Virus record (IMG/VR): IMGVR_UViG_3300012667_000220
Location: 1 to 25,668 of that record
Origin: a virus
Lineage: Duplodnaviria; Caudoviricetes
Length of the DNA: 25,668 bases
Strand: one strand, 5' to 3'
This document shows positions 23,496-25,668 of the stretch, in pieces (position 1 is the first letter of the stretch; each line of letters opens with the position of its first letter). A program made the translations under genes and the position numbers. Below the pieces are notes generated by a model that saw only the letters and a list, made by a program, of their open reading frames with translations, was not told the DNA's origin and did not search any database.

Positions 23496-24026
23496 CTAGT
23501 CAGCTAAAGCTGAATAGAACTTCTTGAAGCTGTAGCCAGCGGCTGAAGCGTAAGCGGTAATCGTGATTTCGTAACCGACGGGCTCACCGTTCTGGTATAC
23601 CTGCTCACCTACGGAGAGGATTTCACCAGCGGGGATGTAGGTGCGGATTGCGTCAGCACCGTCAACAAGGTCGATAACGAACGACTTGCGTCCACCGGTA
23701 GCGGCTGGGTCAATCTCGATTGCTCCACCGGTTACGGTTGCGCCGTAGTATGCGGCGAGAGTAGCGGCTGAAGTCTCCAGAAGAGTCGCGCTGAAAGTAG
23801 CGGTCGCTTCGGTTACTACCTCACGGACGAGGTCAGAGTTCTGCCAAGCGCGAATCTGGTTCGTGCTACGGTCGCGGGTTTCGGAGACACCGTCTGCGGA
23901 AACATATCCGAGGTCAGTGAAGCCGGTGAGAGTTGCTACTGCGCTAGTGGGCGCGGTTGCTGAAGTGGCTCCGACGTAGATTGCGCCGGTAGTTCCAACA
24001 TTCACATTTTCAGCCGATAGGGCCAT
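23496..24026 (-). CDS. Major tail protein
   Basis: FTDLGYVSADGV...IRAWQNSDLVR...LLET motifs; position before the chaperones. Confidence 0.93.
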   Translation of the reverse strand: MALSAENVNVGTTGAIYVGATSATAPTSAVATLTGFTDLGYVSADGVSETRDRSTNQIRAWQNSDLVREVVTEATATFSATLLETSAATLAAYYGATVTGGAIEIDPAATGGRKSFVIDLVDGADAIRTYIPAGEILSVGEQVYQNGEPVGYEITITAYASAAGYSFKKFYSALAD

Positions 24027-24086
24027 AGTGATTTCCTTTCGAAAGGGGGTGAGGCGGGATGCCTCTTACTTCGGCGACGCCGAAAT

Positions 24087-24479
24087 CTAGAGAGTCGAGC
24101 CCTTGACTACAAGGTCGACTGAGAGGGAACGCTTCTCCAACGGAGACTCGTCTGTGAGGCGGACTGGACCAAGCGTGACGACTGCCCGCTTGATATGTTC
24201 GCCGGGTATCTGGACGATGAGAGCACCGACTAGAAGTCCGATGTCTGACGCTGTCGCATAGTCGGCGGAGTAGACGTCGATTGTGAGCGTCGCTTCCTGA
24301 CGTATTACGTCAAGGGTTCCGCTGTAGTTACCAACGACGACGACTTCTGCGTCTGGGACTGTGGCTTCTGGTGGAAGCTTCTTGGTTCCTACTCGCACCT
24401 CTAGAGCTGTAGCTGTAGCAAGTGACTCGTTTAGGAACTCTACGATTAGGGGCTCGATGTCTGGGAAGATGACTGCCAC
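24087..24479 (-). CDS. Tail terminator
   Basis: Directly upstream of the major tail gene; FPDIEPLIV...LTIDVYS. Confidence 0.78.
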   Translation of the reverse strand: MAVIFPDIEPLIVEFLNESLATATALEVRVGTKKLPPEATVPDAEVVVVGNYSGTLDVIRQEATLTIDVYSADYATASDIGLLVGALIVQIPGEHIKRAVVTLGPVRLTDESPLEKRSLSVDLVVKGSTL

Positions 24480-24482
24480 GGT

Positions 24483-24827
24483 TTACCCTCCTCGGGTTGT
24501 GAACTTGTAGAGGGCTCGACGCAGGTGGGCGATGCCCCAGCGTTTCTGTGTGGAGAACATAACTCCGAGAGCTGTTTGTGGGTCTGCCTGTGAGACTACG
24601 TTGACGCGGGGTCGCCCTCCGCGTGACTCCCACTCGACCGCGAAGCCTGCCTCAGAGTATCCAGTGAGGCGTCCGCCGGGGCCCTTCTCTGCGTCTGACG
24701 CTGTGGCCTGAGCTTCTGTAGCTACTTTCTGGCCTACTTCGACGAGGAGGTCTCGGACTTCTTTGTTCTTGTTGAGGAACTCTCGAACACCTAGCTCGTC
24801 AATGACGACCTTGACGTTCTTAGCCAC
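24483..24827 (-). CDS. Neck/tail-completion protein (HK97 gp10-like position)
   Basis: Synteny; ends HLRRAL. Confidence 0.65.
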   Translation of the reverse strand: MAKNVKVVIDELGVREFLNKNKEVRDLLVEVGQKVATEAQATASDAEKGPGGRLTGYSEAGFAVEWESRGGRPRVNVVSQADPQTALGVMFSTQKRWGIAHLRRALYKFTTRGG

Positions 24828-25155
24828 GGCGACGTCTTACGTTGACGACTACTCCGGGGACGAATCCGGGCCAGAGCTGAGGCCACTCTTGAGGGTCTCC
24901 GTCTTTCACCCATTCGCTCTCACGGATGACGAAAATGTCTCCGTCAAGGACTGAAGTGTTCTCGGGTAGATAGAGCGTTAGGCGGGCGTCTACGGCGTCT
25001 CGTGATACCTCTACGGGTTCAGTCGAACCGGTGTAGGCGAAGAGACAGTCTCGAATCAGAACTTCTTGAGTCCCATAAGTGGGATTCCCGTAACTGTCTG
25101 TCCCATTTTCGGAACGTCGAATAATGGTTATGGGTTCATCGCCTCGGATAATCAT
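24820..25155 (-). CDS. Head-to-tail stopper
   Basis: DSYGNP...LTLYLP...D.FVIR..EWVKDGDPQEW. Confidence 0.8.
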   Translation of the reverse strand: MIIRGDEPITIIRRSENGTDSYGNPTYGTQEVLIRDCLFAYTGSTEPVEVSRDAVDARLTLYLPENTSVLDGDIFVIRESEWVKDGDPQEWPQLWPGFVPGVVVNVRRRRG

Positions 25156-25607
25156 TAGACGTTGTCAATCCAAACTGGCTCGTCTGTCCCGGGAAGGCCG
25201 GTGACGTAACGTGCTGAGTTCATGTCGGGGGCTGTAGTGAGTGAGAAAGCTTTTCCTCGCGTTACTGGAGCGAGCATATTTTTCTCATCTGGGGAGAGCC
25301 AAATATCTTTCTCGCCAAAGGAACGACCCTGACCAAAAGGCCCGGTGTTCTGTTGCCAGTAGGTGAGGTTCTCTGGGTTACGAAGAACGCGGGAGACCAT
25401 GCGGACGAGAACAAGCTTGACAGTATCTACAGAGAGAGTCCCTGCGGTGATGCGTTCTTGAATGCGAGGGTACTCGGACAGGATGACTTGTTCAGCGTCG
25501 AGGATAAGTTTTCCGACAAGCTCTTCGTCTGTGGGTGCGCCAGAGCCAACCCAACGGGCTACCACGTCATCGAATGTCGCCCAGTGAACAGTGTGAGGGT
25601 GAGCCAT
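25155..25607 (-). CDS. Head-to-tail adaptor
   Basis: WATFDDVVARW...MVSRVLRNPE...GPF pattern of actinophage adaptors. Confidence 0.85.
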   Translation of the reverse strand: MAHPHTVHWATFDDVVARWVGSGAPTDEELVGKLILDAEQVILSEYPRIQERITAGTLSVDTVKLVLVRMVSRVLRNPENLTYWQQNTGPFGQGRSFGEKDIWLSPDEKNMLAPVTRGKAFSLTTAPDMNSARYVTGLPGTDEPVWIDNV

Positions 25608-25668
25608 AGACCGCGCCTTTCTAAAGTTGAGGGGGTGAGAGGCTGGGGTGGGGGAGGAGTGCTCCCCC

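Noticed and set aside
25630-25668. G/C-rich hairpin at the right edge
   Set aside because: Truncated by the window; probably an intergenic structure after the upstream gene, but it cannot be evaluated

Overview
A 25.7-kb segment of a GC-rich tailed phage genome with siphovirus architecture. The WhiB gene, promoter motifs and lysin type suggest an actinobacterial, possibly Microbacteriaceae, host (inference). Almost all genes are on the minus strand. From the right they are: head-tail connectors, major tail protein, a -1 frameshifted tail chaperone, a short tape measure protein, Dit and Tal, two paralogous fibre + chaperone cassettes, a CHAP endolysin fused in frame to a holin-like domain, further minor tail and membrane genes, repeat-flanked accessory cassettes, a metallophosphoesterase plus sigma-like operon, a divergent Zn-ribbon/WhiB pair, a YqaJ-exonuclease/ERF/HNH/initiator/SSB/RusA module, a DNA methyltransferase and many small ORFs. 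No integrase, repressor, capsid or terminase gene is in the window. The most notable unexplained items are: (1) a candidate ~240-nt highly structured non-coding RNA at ~51-292 (+) with its own promoter; (2) PafBC/RecA-NDp-type promoters (TGTCNN-N10-TANNNT) in front of the recombination and nuclease/sigma operons; (3) the lysin-holin fusion with an internal RBS and start; (4) an unannotated 28-aa peptide ending in CDSCQ; (5) a pseudoknot-capable leader in front of the tail chaperone. All calls are by eye, with no database searches or folding runs.
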